Positions 37,495-50,702 of a stretch of DNA of 64,000 bases are shown here, piece by piece. Position 1 is the first letter of the stretch; each line of letters starts with the position of its first letter. Made by a program: the position numbers and the translations under genes. Source of the stretch: Felis catus (taxonomy: Eukaryota); the NCBI RefSeq assembly GCF_018350175.1, contig NC_058368.1:224070001-224134000 (forward strand), in the 5' to 3' direction. The notes beneath the pieces are model-generated. The model ran no database searches. It was not told the DNA's origin and saw only the letters and a list, made by a program, of their open reading frames with translations.

Positions 37495-38849
37495 AGAAAA
37501 TGATGCTTTGTCCCTGTTTTGCATTTTGCACAACTTTTATATCATTCATAATATTGTTGATTGGGTAACATCCCTGATTCGTTAAATTAATTTTAGTAAT
37601 TCAATCCATTGTCCTAACAGTTGGCAGCAAGTGAATTAATTGTCTTTTAGAGCTATAAATCGTTATGTCTAAGACAATATTCAGTTAAACAAAAAAGAGT
37701 GGGAGGTATTAAAGGTAAGTGGCAATAATTTGATATCTATAGTTGTCTATGTATGTTTTAGATGAAGAGGTGAAAATGAGGCAAGTTAAAAGTGAATGCA
37801 TTACCATTGTAATTTGGAGGAAACTGACATATCTAAGAGAATTTACTAAGTGAATAAACATAGAATATCAAATAAAAGGAAAGTGAGCAAACATAATTTT
37901 TGATGGCTTTTGTTAGAAGCTCTGTTGGAATCTAGAAGGAAAGTAGTTAAAATTGATTTCTCCTATTACCGTAAATCCTACCAATACCATCACTATATTG
38001 TGTAACAAAGGATCTGTAGGTTTAGAGGTATAATTAAATAAAAACCAGATGACAAAATATTTAATAAGCCTGATTTGAAACTCCTCACATGGTTTCATAC
38101 TGGCAGAAACTAAATTAGCCAGAAAGGGTGATGTACTTAGTCTTTAAAAACTAGATAATTAAATGCCTTCCTTGATACATATAAAATGTATCAAATTACT
38201 TGCCGAAAATAGTAGAAGAAAAACTGATCTAAGAAACTATCAAAGATTAATGTAGGAATATGGGTGTGATTAACATGTTTTGCATCAGATTTACTCTGGT
38301 TATTGTGTAAGTGTTAATGGGCTATTCCTTCGCAGAAAATGTTGAAAAAAAAGTTGTGAAAAGACGTATGAGAAATATCAGGCAAGGGAATATTCGCCAT
38401 GATGACGGATTGGATTGGAAAGGAAAAGGGTGACCAATAGTCCTGAAATGACCCTTCTCCCTTCTGGAACTGCACAGGGAAATGAAGGATCTTCAGTTGT
38501 CTTGTGAACTAAAAATGACTTGGTTCAAAGTTGTTGGAAACATTGTGAACTAGATAAGGGTGTTTTACAGAGAGAGAAATGTTTATCTACAAAATATGTC
38601 AGTAGGCTATACCAGTTCTCCACAGACTTGCATCATAAACCTGGAACCCGTAGGCGTAGCTGTGAGGCAAAGCTGCTAGAGAACCGATGTCAAATCAGGA
38701 AGGTACACGGATATTTCAGAACAGAAGTGGCTCCAGTAAGAACCATGTTGCTTCATGTATGGCTCAAAATTTGCTTGTCATTTCAAAATGAAAACATACT
38801 CTAATTTATAAGAAAAGTGATACTTTGTTCTCCACGTCTGATTGTTTCC

Positions 38850-40200
38850 TCCTTCCTTATTAAGATATATATAATTTTGTCCACGTCTGATGTTCACTTG
38901 CATATATTACAAATCTATATATTTTTTGTTTTCTTTAAACTTCTGTATTTCCACCTAAGTATGATATTATATAATGTAAAATGTTAATTGTCTTGTCCTG
39001 TTCTTTTACACTCTTGATCATTATATATTAGGGCAAACAACTTCCAACTGTTTTAACTATTTCTTCTGGGTTTATTTCCAGATTCTAAACCATATGGTCA
39101 TATGCTTTTTTTTTTCATTTTTATATGTTATCTTTTTATATAACCATGGGAGAAAAATATCTTGCTCCTTCTCCAGGTTCTCTACCCTCACCTCACACAT
39201 CATATAAATCTTAAGAGACAAATAAATCAATTTTTGATTAACGCAATATATGTTATGTAGTAGGTAAATTATTCACAGATAAACATGTATTATGCAATGA
39301 TTAAATTTTCTCACACGTTTCGCATTGGTGATTTCAGTGGAGCACATATCCTTTCACGATTTCCTTAGAAAGGGGATATTGGAGGTAAAATTGTTGAAAG
39401 TATTTTTACTTTACCTTTGTACTTACAGAGTTAGCTGGGTTATGGATTGCATGTTTCCCTTTTTCTCTCAGAATTTTTGCAGCATTATTTTTTACTTCTT
39501 TTTCAGGACAACTGCCAGTATAGAAACAATTGTTGAAAGTCTAATTCCCAAATATACATGTTTTCCCCCTTTCTGAAAGGTTTTAAAACTTATTCTTATC
39601 CCTATTACCTCCATTTCTGAACAGTGTACTCTACAATAGATCTTTTAATCTATATGCTTTTTATTCCTGAAATCTATATCTTTGAATACGAGACACTTGA
39701 TTGTCTTAGTATCATCATCATGTGGACACGTATATTTTCTCTCATTGGTCTTCTGGGGAATCCCTCCAGTCTTTCGGTAGACATACTTCACTGATCTTCT
39801 ACATCTATTTTTGCTGATTTATTCTAACCTTTTTAAAAACATCTCTGAGATATTTATTTGATGTTTCTTCCAAACATAGTTTTTGAACATCTGCTAAGAA
39901 ATATTCTCTGCTAAGAAATCTTCACTGCTGAAGAAATATTCTCCATACCTAACATTTGTAGCATAATTTGTGAATGCAATAACCCTAATTTTCCTGAGGA
40001 TATTTACAAAGTAATCAGATTTTAAATATATTTTCAAAAAATAAAAATAAGAAAAAAAATCTCTCATTTAAACTTTGAAATATTTCCTGATCTCTAGTTA
40101 CTTCCCAATCTATTCAATTAGAGCAAGTTTTCAAAATATATCTCATTTAGATAATATCTTTTCATCATGATGCTTTCTTAATAGTACTCAAGACATCCCT
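38850..40200 (-). mobile_element. Decayed L1ME-like fragments
   Basis: Motifs such as 'ttccttagaaaggggatattggaggtaaaatt', 'gttagctgggttatggatt'. Confidence 0.5.
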
Positions 40201-40379
40201 CACTTTTAAAAAGAAGTTTAAACTTCTTTTTAAAGAAGTTTAAGATTATTTTATCTTATCTTATCTTAATCTTAAAATTATGTTAATTTTATCTTAAGAT
40301 TAAATAGACATATTTTTTTCTTCATAAACATACCCCCTTAGCCTTGTGTAAAAATCTTCTGATTTTAAAAATTAATTGA

Positions 40380-40495
40380 ATATTATATATACATATATAA
40401 GGTATAATACATATTATATATATTTATATATGTGTATATAGTAATATATAATATGTATATATGTAATAACATATGTATATAAATATATATAATCT
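40380..40495. repeat. (TA)n-rich low-complexity repeat
   Basis: Direct reading. Confidence 0.85.
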
Positions 40496-41899
40496 ATTGC
40501 TATTGCAACATTTTTGGTTATTTTAAATATCAGATACTGAGCTGTATCTGAACAATAAACAACTAATGTTAAGTGATGGTTTTATTTATACGTAGAATAA
40601 TAACCAAGAAAGGAAAAATTAATGACAACATGAAAAAATATATATACTATCTCTATCACAGAAATAATTGAGAATGCTAAATTTTAAAAAAGATGGAAAT
40701 AGGTAGACGTTGTCTTTATCATTTTCTATAAGCATACACATATTGCTAGTTTTATTTCATATTTTAATAATAAGAGAAGGGAAAAGAATGTAAGAGAGAG
40801 AAAGAACAATGAGTTGAAAATTTTGCTGACCCCGATGTCTACTCAGTTGTCTTGATCTGGGCAAAATGGATGTTCATCAGGTAGAAAAGACAGTTGCTAT
40901 AAATCAAATCCTGTCAACATTAAGCTCTGGGTGTCAGATCATGTTTATCAGACACAGTTACAGACCAAAACCTGTGTTGTAGGTTAATAGAAAAATTCAG
41001 TGAAATATTTTACACAGAGAAAGAACTTAGAAATGAACAGCCCATTAAGAACACTTGGATTCCTTTTGACAGAGGTGGGAAAGCATTTGGTCTCCTTCCA
41101 GGGCCTCTTCTCGTCTGAAGTATTTTCTTCCTTCCTCTAGGCAAGTCTTTGGGGGTTTTTTTGTTTACCTGGTTTTCTACTGAGACTTTGTTTTTTATGT
41201 TGCTTTTTGTAGGTGCAGGTGTATCTACAGCAAATCTCTGTGTATAATATAAATAGCTCATATATTTCATATATATTATACACATAATATGCACACACAC
41301 ACGCACACACACATATATATGTGTATATATATGTATACACACACATATATAATGTCAAACAATTGTAATGCCAAAAGTTCAGCAATAACAAAAGTAAAAC
41401 CAATGAATTACCGAAGTTGTAATTAGTAAATTAGCACACTGCAAAAGACAGTGTGCAAACCAGGAGCGCTCAAACCGAAACATGGAATGAGGCTCAGGTA
41501 TATATTATTATAAATATATGTAGTGAGAAAGCAGTGACAGTTTATTCTTCAGAGTGACTGGTTATATTATTAGAATTTTCTTAAATGATAGGGCCTGTTT
41601 AGTGGTTGCCTCATATCAACCTTGGGAAACAATTCAAGTTCTGCTTATGATTTCCAGAGGCACAAGCAAGAAGTGACCCTGGTGAAGATAGCCTTGCAAA
41701 ATAAACTGAAGTAAGTTTTGCTTGTATGACTGGACTGGTTTTGTTTGTTCAGGGAATTTTCAAGGCTGGTTGCCATTTGCCTTTTCATTTTAACATTATA
41801 TCCATTATAATGGATTATTATCATTATTATTATTATATCCATTAATAAAATGTATAATTTGTATAATTATTTGTATATTTAATATATGGGTACACACAC

Positions 41900-43625
41900 A
41901 ATAGCATTAAAAAACACTATCAAAAATAACCAGTACCTAGAAATAAATTCATTGTAAAATGTGCAAAACCTCTGGAAGGAAAAATACCCAAACTACCAAA
42001 AACTACAAAACAATGTTTAGGCATAACTTAAAGAGTGCCCAAGCTAATCAGGGGATAAGTGTTCCTATACTTAAAGATTCGCTGTTATTAAGGTTTCAAA
42101 GGTCCTCAGATTTATCTATAGATTTAATGGATTTCCAGTTAAAATGTCAGAAGGCTGTCCTCTCCCCCTGCAACTCTGAAACTATTTTATTCTAAAACTT
42201 CATGAAAAAGCAAGGGATCTAAAAGAGCCAAAGCAATCTTAAAAAAACTAGTAATAATAAAGAACATACTTAGAGGATTCAACATATCTGATCTAAAATA
42301 ATTACAAAAAAATAATAATAATAATCAAGAGAGCATGGTATTAATAGAGCAAACAAATGGATAAATGAACGAGTATTGAGATTCCAAAAATAGATCTGCA
42401 CCTATATAGTCAATTGGTTTTGGCCCATGGCATCAAGACAATTCAATGGGAAAATAAAAAATCTTTTTTAACAAGTTGTACTGGAATGGCTTTATGGCCT
42501 TAAGAAAAAAATAAATAGCCTTGACATCTGCCTAGTTTAATATAAATAATAATACATGTAATATTTAGAAGCTAATATGTTAGTAATATAAAAATTAAAG
42601 TTTTATAATATGTAAAAGTCAAGATGGATGATAAGTTTTAAAGGATAAGTTAGAAACATAAACCTCTAAAGTAAAAACTATCTCACAACTTGAGTTAAAA
42701 TAAGACTTTATATTCAGGACAACTTAATCATAAAAGTAAAAAAAAAAGTTAATTGGATTTCATCAGAATAAGATACCTGCTTACGAAAAGGCATCATTTA
42801 GGAAAACAGGCAAATTACAAAGTGAAAAAATCATTTGTAATTCATATACCCCAGAAATTAGTTGCATGTATATAAAATATTTTTAAAATTTCCTAAAAAT
42901 CCATAATAAGTACACAAATAAGCCACTTAAACATGGATAAACTTGAACAGACACGCCACAAAAGAAGGCACAGAAATGATCAATAAAGTACATGAAAATT
43001 TGCCAACATTATTACTTTTTCAGTGAAATAAAAACTAAATACTCTACAGTGCCTAAAACCAAAACTGACAATGCTAAATGTTGGTGAAAACAGGGCTGAA
43101 CTCAAATTCTCAGTCTTTGCTGATTGCAGCATAAACTGTGTATCAACTTGGATAACTGTCTCATCTAAAATAATTGTACAAAAATATTATAGATAATAGC
43201 AGTCTCAATCATAATAGCTAAACATTAGAAACCAACCAAATATCTATCAGTAGGGGAATGGATATTCCAATTTTGGTATTTTCATACATTGTAATATTAT
43301 TCATCAATAAAAATAGATGAACTACATGTATACATAACACTGTAAGTGAATCTCAGGAGAATTATGTTGAGCTAAGGAAGGCAGGCAAAAAAAATGATAC
43401 ATAATTTATGATTCCATTTATTTGAAGTCAAAAAGTAGACAAAATTAATCTAAGACATAAGGGATGAGAAAGTGATTTTCTGTGGTTGGCAAGGGGAAGA
43501 AGACACTAGGCGGCCAGAGAAGGAAATTTCCAGGATGATGCAAATATTCAGCATTCTGTGTTGAGTAGTTTATAAGGCTGTCATGACACATCAAATGAAA
43601 ACTTACATATAAACTTTAGTTCAAT
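41900..43625 (+). mobile_element. Old L1 (L1MD/L1ME-like) ORF2 3' part and 3' UTR
   Basis: 'agagccaaagcaatctt', 'caagacaattcaatggg', 'gtgaatctcaggagaattatgttgag', 'tatgattccatttatttgaag'. Confidence 0.85.
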
Positions 43626-44099
43626 AGGAACACGTTTCGCTATTAAAAATTGGGGAAAGACTATAATTATCTTCCTCATCATTAAATGCCCCACGTTGTT
43701 TTGCCAATTTCATCACGATTTTAAAAATTAGTACATGTTCATCATAGTTTTGAAAATAAGCAACAATTTGTTTTATGAATATACAAAAGCATTTCTAATC
43801 ATAGAGAGACTACTGTTTAATATTATTTTTGACAAAAACAAATACAGAGATATTTTGGTCTTTTGAAGTGGGAAATATATATCTAACTCTATTTATTTTA
43901 TTCATTATAAAATTTTAACATAACCCCACATTCCTAAATGTTCTTACACAGCATGAGTTCTTGAAACTACCGTTTTATTGGTAGGTCATAAGTTAATTAC
44001 TTAAAATTATCTGTGAAGTGTGGTCTATTCACAATTTTATCCCACTTTTTTATAGAATACATTCTATTTTATAGCTCTGCTTACCTGTGGCATGGGCAA

Positions 44100-44755
44100 T
44101 CATCAATTGATTATAATCTGTCATTCATTTCCATCATGCCAATGAATGTGAGCTCACTAATATCACCGTGATCTCCCTTGCTGAATTCTTATCTTACTTA
44201 GTCCTTTCTGTGGTATTTAACAGAGTTCAACCTTCTCTTTTTTTTTCAAAGGTATGTTTCATTGATTTCAGTGATACCATTTCTCCCTCTGCTTTCTCCC
44301 ATGGATGTTCTTTCTCCGTTTATTTAACGCAATGCTTTTCTACCATCCGTGTTTTATAGGTTGATCTTTGGGTTATCACAAAGACCTTTGCTTTTTTTAT
44401 ATTCACACATTTTCTGGGTGATATGATCTGAATGCCATTATCTGCTTCCATGTCTTCAACTACAAACTGTTACAATGGTGACCCTCAAATCTCTTTTCAG
44501 ACATTTTACACCTCTTATTTAAGCCCTTGCCCATTGGTCAACATCTATAAGCACTGTAAACATTAAATTTTCTTTTAATTTCTCAATCTATTCTTATATT
44601 CCATACTTGATATAGCTCTGTTGACATGAAACAATAATATTTTTAATTCATTTCCATTAGGTGACATGTTAGTAGTATCTCCTAAAAGTGTTCCCTCCTC
44701 TCCATTTATATTACCAGTTCAGACTTATCAAGCCATTACCGTTAATGCACAAGAC
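44100..44755. mobile_element. L2 relic
   Basis: 'ttgatttcagtgataccatttctccc', 'ctgggtgatatgatc' L2-like. Confidence 0.6.
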
Positions 44756-44819
44756 ACCTCCTTGAGTAAAATATCTGCCCAAAGGCTAGGGTCCATGGTG
44801 ACAGGTAGTGCCTTCTCCA

Positions 44820-45263
44820 GGTTAAAAAAAAAAAAAAGTCATTTGAAAAAGAAAAAACAGAGGCTATTCAGAACTTTTGGTAGTGACAGACTTATCCAAC
44901 ATCACGTGTGTTTTGCAGAGACAAGAGAGTAGAAGGCTTTATAATGGAAAAAAAAAAAAAAAAGGAAGGTTTCATATGTGCTCTACTTGAAGATTGCTGT
45001 CTTGGTGGATCTGGAGGCATGCTAACTAAGAGAACTGTAACTTAGGTCATTGATTTGGGCATTACACTTTACTTTTTCTGGTACATTCTTATTTGGAAAT
45101 AGGGGCAAAATGTTTGGAAGTTGTCAATTGCTTCCCAAGTTTTTATATTCTGGTCTGATTGCTGCAAAGGTTGTGGTTTGGTCTCCTGGGCTGCAGAGAT
45201 TGTAACTCAGTTATTTGACAATCTATGGTATAACTTTCTTTCATTTGTATAGTTAGTTTCTCA
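44820..45263 (-). mobile_element. ERV1 solo LTR (MER89/MER90-like)
   Basis: Minus strand starts 'tgagaaactaac'; contains 'acaacctttgcagcaatc', 'ttttgcccctatttccaa', 'ttttccattataaagc'. Confidence 0.7.
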
Positions 45264-46860
45264 TTTATTGGCCTCCAAGGTATTTTCTCACAACTGATGC
45301 CATAACTTAGTCTTCTATAGGAAATCCCTTGTTCTGGAGCTATAAATTCTACTAGATTTATTCCTAGGGGTTATTATGGACATGGTAAAAAAACAGTGAA
45401 GTCTGTGGACATTCTTCTTCCTCTAAGATGAGTTACCTGGGCAACAGCAATTCTCTATGGAATAAAACATTGAAAAAAAATCACAAATAGAGGTTTAGCC
45501 AGCAATGTAGGGGGCAGGGCAGGCAACCAATTTCAACTGAAGAATTTATTCCTTTTTTTTCCCTGTTGGATATTTCAATATAAGTGACCCCAACTGAGCT
45601 GTTGATTCAAAGGAAATGAGTTGTTAGTGTTTATGTTTATAGTTGGCAGATTGGACACTTAATAATGGCCGCAGCTGTCCGTGTTAGTGAGGAGAGGCCT
45701 AAGACATTAAACCCATGACTATCCTCTATGACTCCCCATGGTCACACAGTTCATGAGACAATTGAACAAGGCCTAATATTTTCTGGGGGCAAATTTTTAC
45801 CTAACATCCATAGGAAACGTCATCTTGTCTGTAATCATTAAAAACTTCCCCTGAAGTATTTGACCTTTTCTGAATTTTCACCTGTTATACAAATATCAAC
45901 ACATTCAGCCCATTCATAAAGGTCATCCAAATATTTCCTTCCCTGGTCATTATATTACACATTTGCAATCTTATTTCTTCCAACACCTGACACCAAATGA
46001 GTGTAAACACTTATGCCTACCATCCTTCCTTTACAGAAGAATTAAACACTCAGACACACTTCTCAAAGTTCTTCTCATTGTTAGGATTTTCCTTTATTAT
46101 TTTCCATGATAGATACCCTTCAGTGGGACTATAATGCCATCTGATTTCCTCATAAGGGTGGTGTCAGATTATATGAAAAATCTTATACACCAGTCACACT
46201 GTGTTTCTTCTTCAGTTCACAAGAATTCCAGTAAGTCCTAAGATGTTAGATGAAGAGGAAAAGACAAAGAACAGTCAAGTGTCACTTGCTCGTGTAACTT
46301 ACTTGTGTTTGAGGATGTGATTGTGAAGATTCAGGGGAGTGCAGCTCATTTATCACTGCGATTGAACAGGAAGTATTGGTGCACCGTATTATTCAGTGGG
46401 ACAGATAACTTCCAGTTAATAATGGACAGTCGGAACGTATGGTCATTGAGAACCCCGTAGTTATATATGCTGTCTCTATTAGAAAACAGTAACAAACAAG
46501 GAATAGTTTTTCTTTTGTGTCCCTCCAAATCAAAAGAATTTTCCTTGCAATTCTATCAGGGCTTTCTTTTTCAAACACACAAGCACAGCAAAAACCCACC
46601 ATAAAATTGACACAAATTTGTCCTCCCTTTTTACATTTGGGATATTGCAATTCACGGGTCTTAAACCTTGTCAGACAATTTGCTGAGGATTTTGTGTACT
46701 CATTGCCTTGCTTTCCGATATGACAATCACTTCTAAAATTACGAAAATTTGGCTTTCACACTTCCATAAAACATTGGCCTCAGATCACAGCCAACCAGTT
46801 TGTTTCTGAGGATAGTCAATGGGCCAGGGCCTTCATTATAAATTTGTATGCACCATTAAT
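45264..46860 (-). mobile_element. Possible decayed ERVL/MaLR internal (pol-like) sequence
   Basis: Minus-strand frameshifted 'IFHII*HHP...SDGIIVPLKGI' resembles the ERVL integrase motif 'YHVPHHPEAAGLIERWNGL'. Confidence 0.3.
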
Positions 46861-48150
46861 CTGCCCTCAGCACTTTTTACAAATTCTTTCACTTACAAAT
46901 TCTCCCTTTGTTTCTTTATCCTATGTCTTACACTTTTAATTTATATCTACCCTTCAGGTCTCCTTTTTGAGTTCTAGAATCTGTTTTTACCGTTTTCCAT
47001 TTTCACATGTCAAAGGCATTTAAATTAACTTATACAAAATTTGTCTTCCATAACTGGAAGACAATACCTTCCATAACTGGAAGACAATACCTTTCTCTTC
47101 CATAACTGATGCCCTTGTTTGGGCCCTGATTTCATTGACTCAAGGTAGACACTAGTATTGATCTTTCACTATTCTCTCTTACTTATCCCCAAATCTCTCA
47201 AAGTTTTACTAAGTTTATTTCTTATTCTTTACTACCCTTTAAATTTCTCTGTTTCTCTTTCTCCACTGTTGGTAATTGTTTACACTTTCTTAGGGATTAC
47301 TTTACTAGCTATTTGAGGATTGTTTTTGGTCCTCAGTCGAGCAGTGGTCTAACCCATTATCTATTATATAATTAGAAGACTCTTTCCAGAGAATATCTGA
47401 TGAAACCACTCCCTAATTATAAGTGTATTATTCACCCAGTATACATCATAATAAAAAGTTATAATGAGTGAAATTAATGTCTTCCTACATTAATTCTTAC
47501 ATTGTTCCTACATGGAACAATTTACGGATAGATTAAATATCCTAATATCTAATGTCAGAAAATCATATATGAAAGAACAGCTGTATATAAGTCATTTATC
47601 AAAATACTAATAAGCACTCAGCCAACAACAACAACAAAATTTACCAGGCTTGATTTGCACTCAGCCAACAACAACAAAATTACCAGGCTTGATGTGAAGT
47701 TAGTGTTTTAGAATAACCTAAAACACATTGGTTTTATTAAAACAAATATAAACCTTTAATTATATCAAGAAGTAAAATAAAACCAGTTCCATGGTGAGTT
47801 TAAAAAAATTAATAGAGAAACTCTTTCAAATCTATAAGACCTATACTGTAATAAAAAATGTGAGAAGACTCTAACATACAAATTAAAAAATAGTGAAACC
47901 CAAAAGGAAGCAAAACAAATGCTCACTGGTATTAAAAAAAAAAAAAAACTATGAATAAAAACCTTCAATGAACAATGTTTCACTTACTACTTTGATATGA
48001 TTTAGGAATGTTAATGTTTAATGCATTATTGTTGAAATAGAAAGTGAAATAAACATTTTTTTTAAATGGACCCAGTGATTCAAGAACCATAAAAATGGAG
48101 TTACTGAAGTTAAGAGACATAGTTTGTCTTTTAAAATGTAATAATTTGAT

Positions 48151-48378
48151 GGGGCATCTGGGTGGCTCAGTAGGTTGAGCATTTGGCTCAGGTCATGACC
48201 TCACAGTTCGTGAGTTCGAGCCCTGCGTCCGGCTCTGTGCCGACAGCTCCGAGCCTGGAGCCTGCTTCAGATTCTGTGCCCCCCTCGCCCCAACTTTCTG
48301 CCCCACCCCTGCTTGTGCTCTCTCTCTGTCTTTCAAAAATGAATAAACATAAAAAAAATTTAAAAAGTAAAATAAAAT
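48151..48378 (+). mobile_element. SINEC_Fc
   Basis: TSD aaaatgtaataatttga. Confidence 0.96.
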
Positions 48379-48507
48379 AAAATGTAATAATTTGAGTAGT
48401 CTTGATAAACACTATTTTGGGGACTCTCTCTTATTTAGCACTAACCATATCATATGCTTTTGAAGAGGATGGTGAAGGCCAAATATTGTCTCTGAATTTA
48501 GAAATGG

Positions 48508-48742
48508 AATAAATCACTCTATCGTACACCAGAATCTAATATGACACTGTAAATTAAAAGGTCAGTATCCAAAATCTATAAAGAACTTACCAAACTCAAC
48601 ACCCAAAACACAAATAATCCAGTGAAGAAATGGACAGAAGACATGAATAGACACTTTCCCAAAGAAGACATCCAGGTGGCCAACTAAATGGAATTAAAAT
48701 AAAAACTTAAAAACAAACAAACAAACAAACAAACAAAAAAAA
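48508..48742 (+). mobile_element. Chimeric L1: 3' terminus with an embedded ORF2 piece and (AAAC)n tail
   Basis: 3' UTR motif split by 'tatccaaaatctataaagaactt...gaagacatccaggtggccaac'. Confidence 0.8.
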
Positions 48743-50467
48743 ACTGAATGGAATGTTCAGCATTTAGAGTGAAAACTGATCATTACTTTTTTGATTTCTT
48801 ATTTTCTCTTAATTTCTTCCCACCAGTAAAATTTATACCAAAAAAATACATTTTAAATTAGAAATTTAGCAAATATCAGAGTAAAAAAAGCAGGTATCAA
48901 TTAATGGAAGATTTGAGCTATTCTACTCAAGCACCATGGAAAATGTACCCGATAAATGGTTCTATAACTAATGCTTGTGATTTTCGTGTAACTCTAATTA
49001 TGAATTGGTTCACAAACAGTGGCTTCAGCCAAAATGCTGTGAAGAGAAGTTTGTATTTGCTTTTGCATTTTTCCCCCAATGTATTTTATTATGCCATCAT
49101 TCTTTATCCAAAAGCACACAAAGCACATTTTGCTAAACCTTAAACCTTCTTTCTTTTATGTGCCCCTCTGCCTATTCTTAAACATGCAGTAAAACAAAAG
49201 TGAAACACATTCGATTAATATCACTTGTGCCAAATAACACTTTGTAGTCGAGTGCTTTGAATCACTTGCCTGTAATCATCAGGTTCGCTTCTAGAGGATA
49301 GGAAATCATCAGCATTGGGTTTTTAAGTTCATGAAAGGATCATAAAAGCAAGAGATCTCAAATCAAGGTATTTTAAGTCCAGAGCTGCTCCACACACAAA
49401 AGTAATTTAATGATCAAGAGATTCTTAAAAGAATTTTTTTTTTGTTTCAGGGGAAGGGAAAGTATGGTAATTCCACATGGTAATTCAAAAATAAGGTTCT
49501 ATTTATTCCTCTTCCCTTCCTCCTTCCCTCTTCCTTCCTGAACTGTTCACTCCAATAACCATTAGGTGGTGCAGCACAATATGGCAGCCATGCTGGTGGC
49601 AGGAAATGGGGAGGAGTTGCATTGATCAACCACAGGCTGTTAAACCCGAACAGAGAGAACAGGCATTGGCTTGGGTGGAGGGTATCCTGCTGTGGTTTGT
49701 CTGTTGTTTTACTGAAAAGCCAAACTTTTAATTCACATTCTTTGTTGATTATTCATCTGTTTCGGTAAATTAACATGTGTAAATCAAAATAAATTGCTGT
49801 TAACTAAGGATAAACATAAACACTTCCTTTTTTATTTTAAATAATCAGGAAATTTCACAAGTTGAATACATAATATAAATATGTGCCATAGGAGTCACAT
49901 CACTAGGAGACATTTAGTTTCTAAAAAGGACTAAAATAAAGTGGTTAACCTTTTCTTTTTTTTTCTTTTTTTTTGGGGGGGGCGGTAATTAACTCTTGAT
50001 TAACACTACCTATATTTACATGGATTTGAGATTCTGCTAGGAACTGTAATGTGTCAAATTGCATATAATGAACTTTCTCACAGAGTCAGGTTTGATTTAA
50101 TTTAAGCAATTACAATTTAAATTATATCATACAAATCCTCAGTGTGTGAAAGTACAAGTCCAAAATGATACTTTCCCTTCACTTTGTTCAAAAAAAACCT
50201 GTTACCATCTTCAAAGCACACATTGTATCATACACTTTTCCTTAAAGCTGCTACTATTGTAGGTCAATCCATTTTTTTTAGACTGGAAACATAAAAATCA
50301 TGTTAATTTACATGTTACATTCTCTTTCTTTTGTTTTCCAGAAGCAAAAAATTAGTACACTTCAGCTTTCTATGTGGTTTAGATTTTAAGCCGATATAAG
50401 TATATAGAGCCCAAATTTGTCATACTATCATCTTCTTGACTTTCATTATAATAGTAGTTCATGACGA

Positions 50468-50635
50468 GGGGCACCTAGGTGGCTCAGTTGGTTGGGCGTT
50501 TGACTTCACCTCAGGTCATGATCTCACGGTTTTTGGGTTCAAGCCCCACATTGCACTCCATGATGGCAGCTCAGAGCCTGGAGCCTGCCTCAGATTCTGT
50601 GTCTCCCTCTCTCTCTGCCCCTCCCCCACTTGTGT

Positions 50636-50682
<47 letters not shown>

Positions 50683-50702
50683 AATGAATAAATGTAAAAA
50701 AA
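50468..50702 (+). mobile_element. SINEC_Fc with long (CT)n
   Basis: Perfect 18-bp TSD aatagtagttcatgacga. Confidence 0.97.

Noticed and set aside
47045..47108. CRISPR-like palindromic repeat
   Set aside because: No unique spacers, only two full copies, mammalian context
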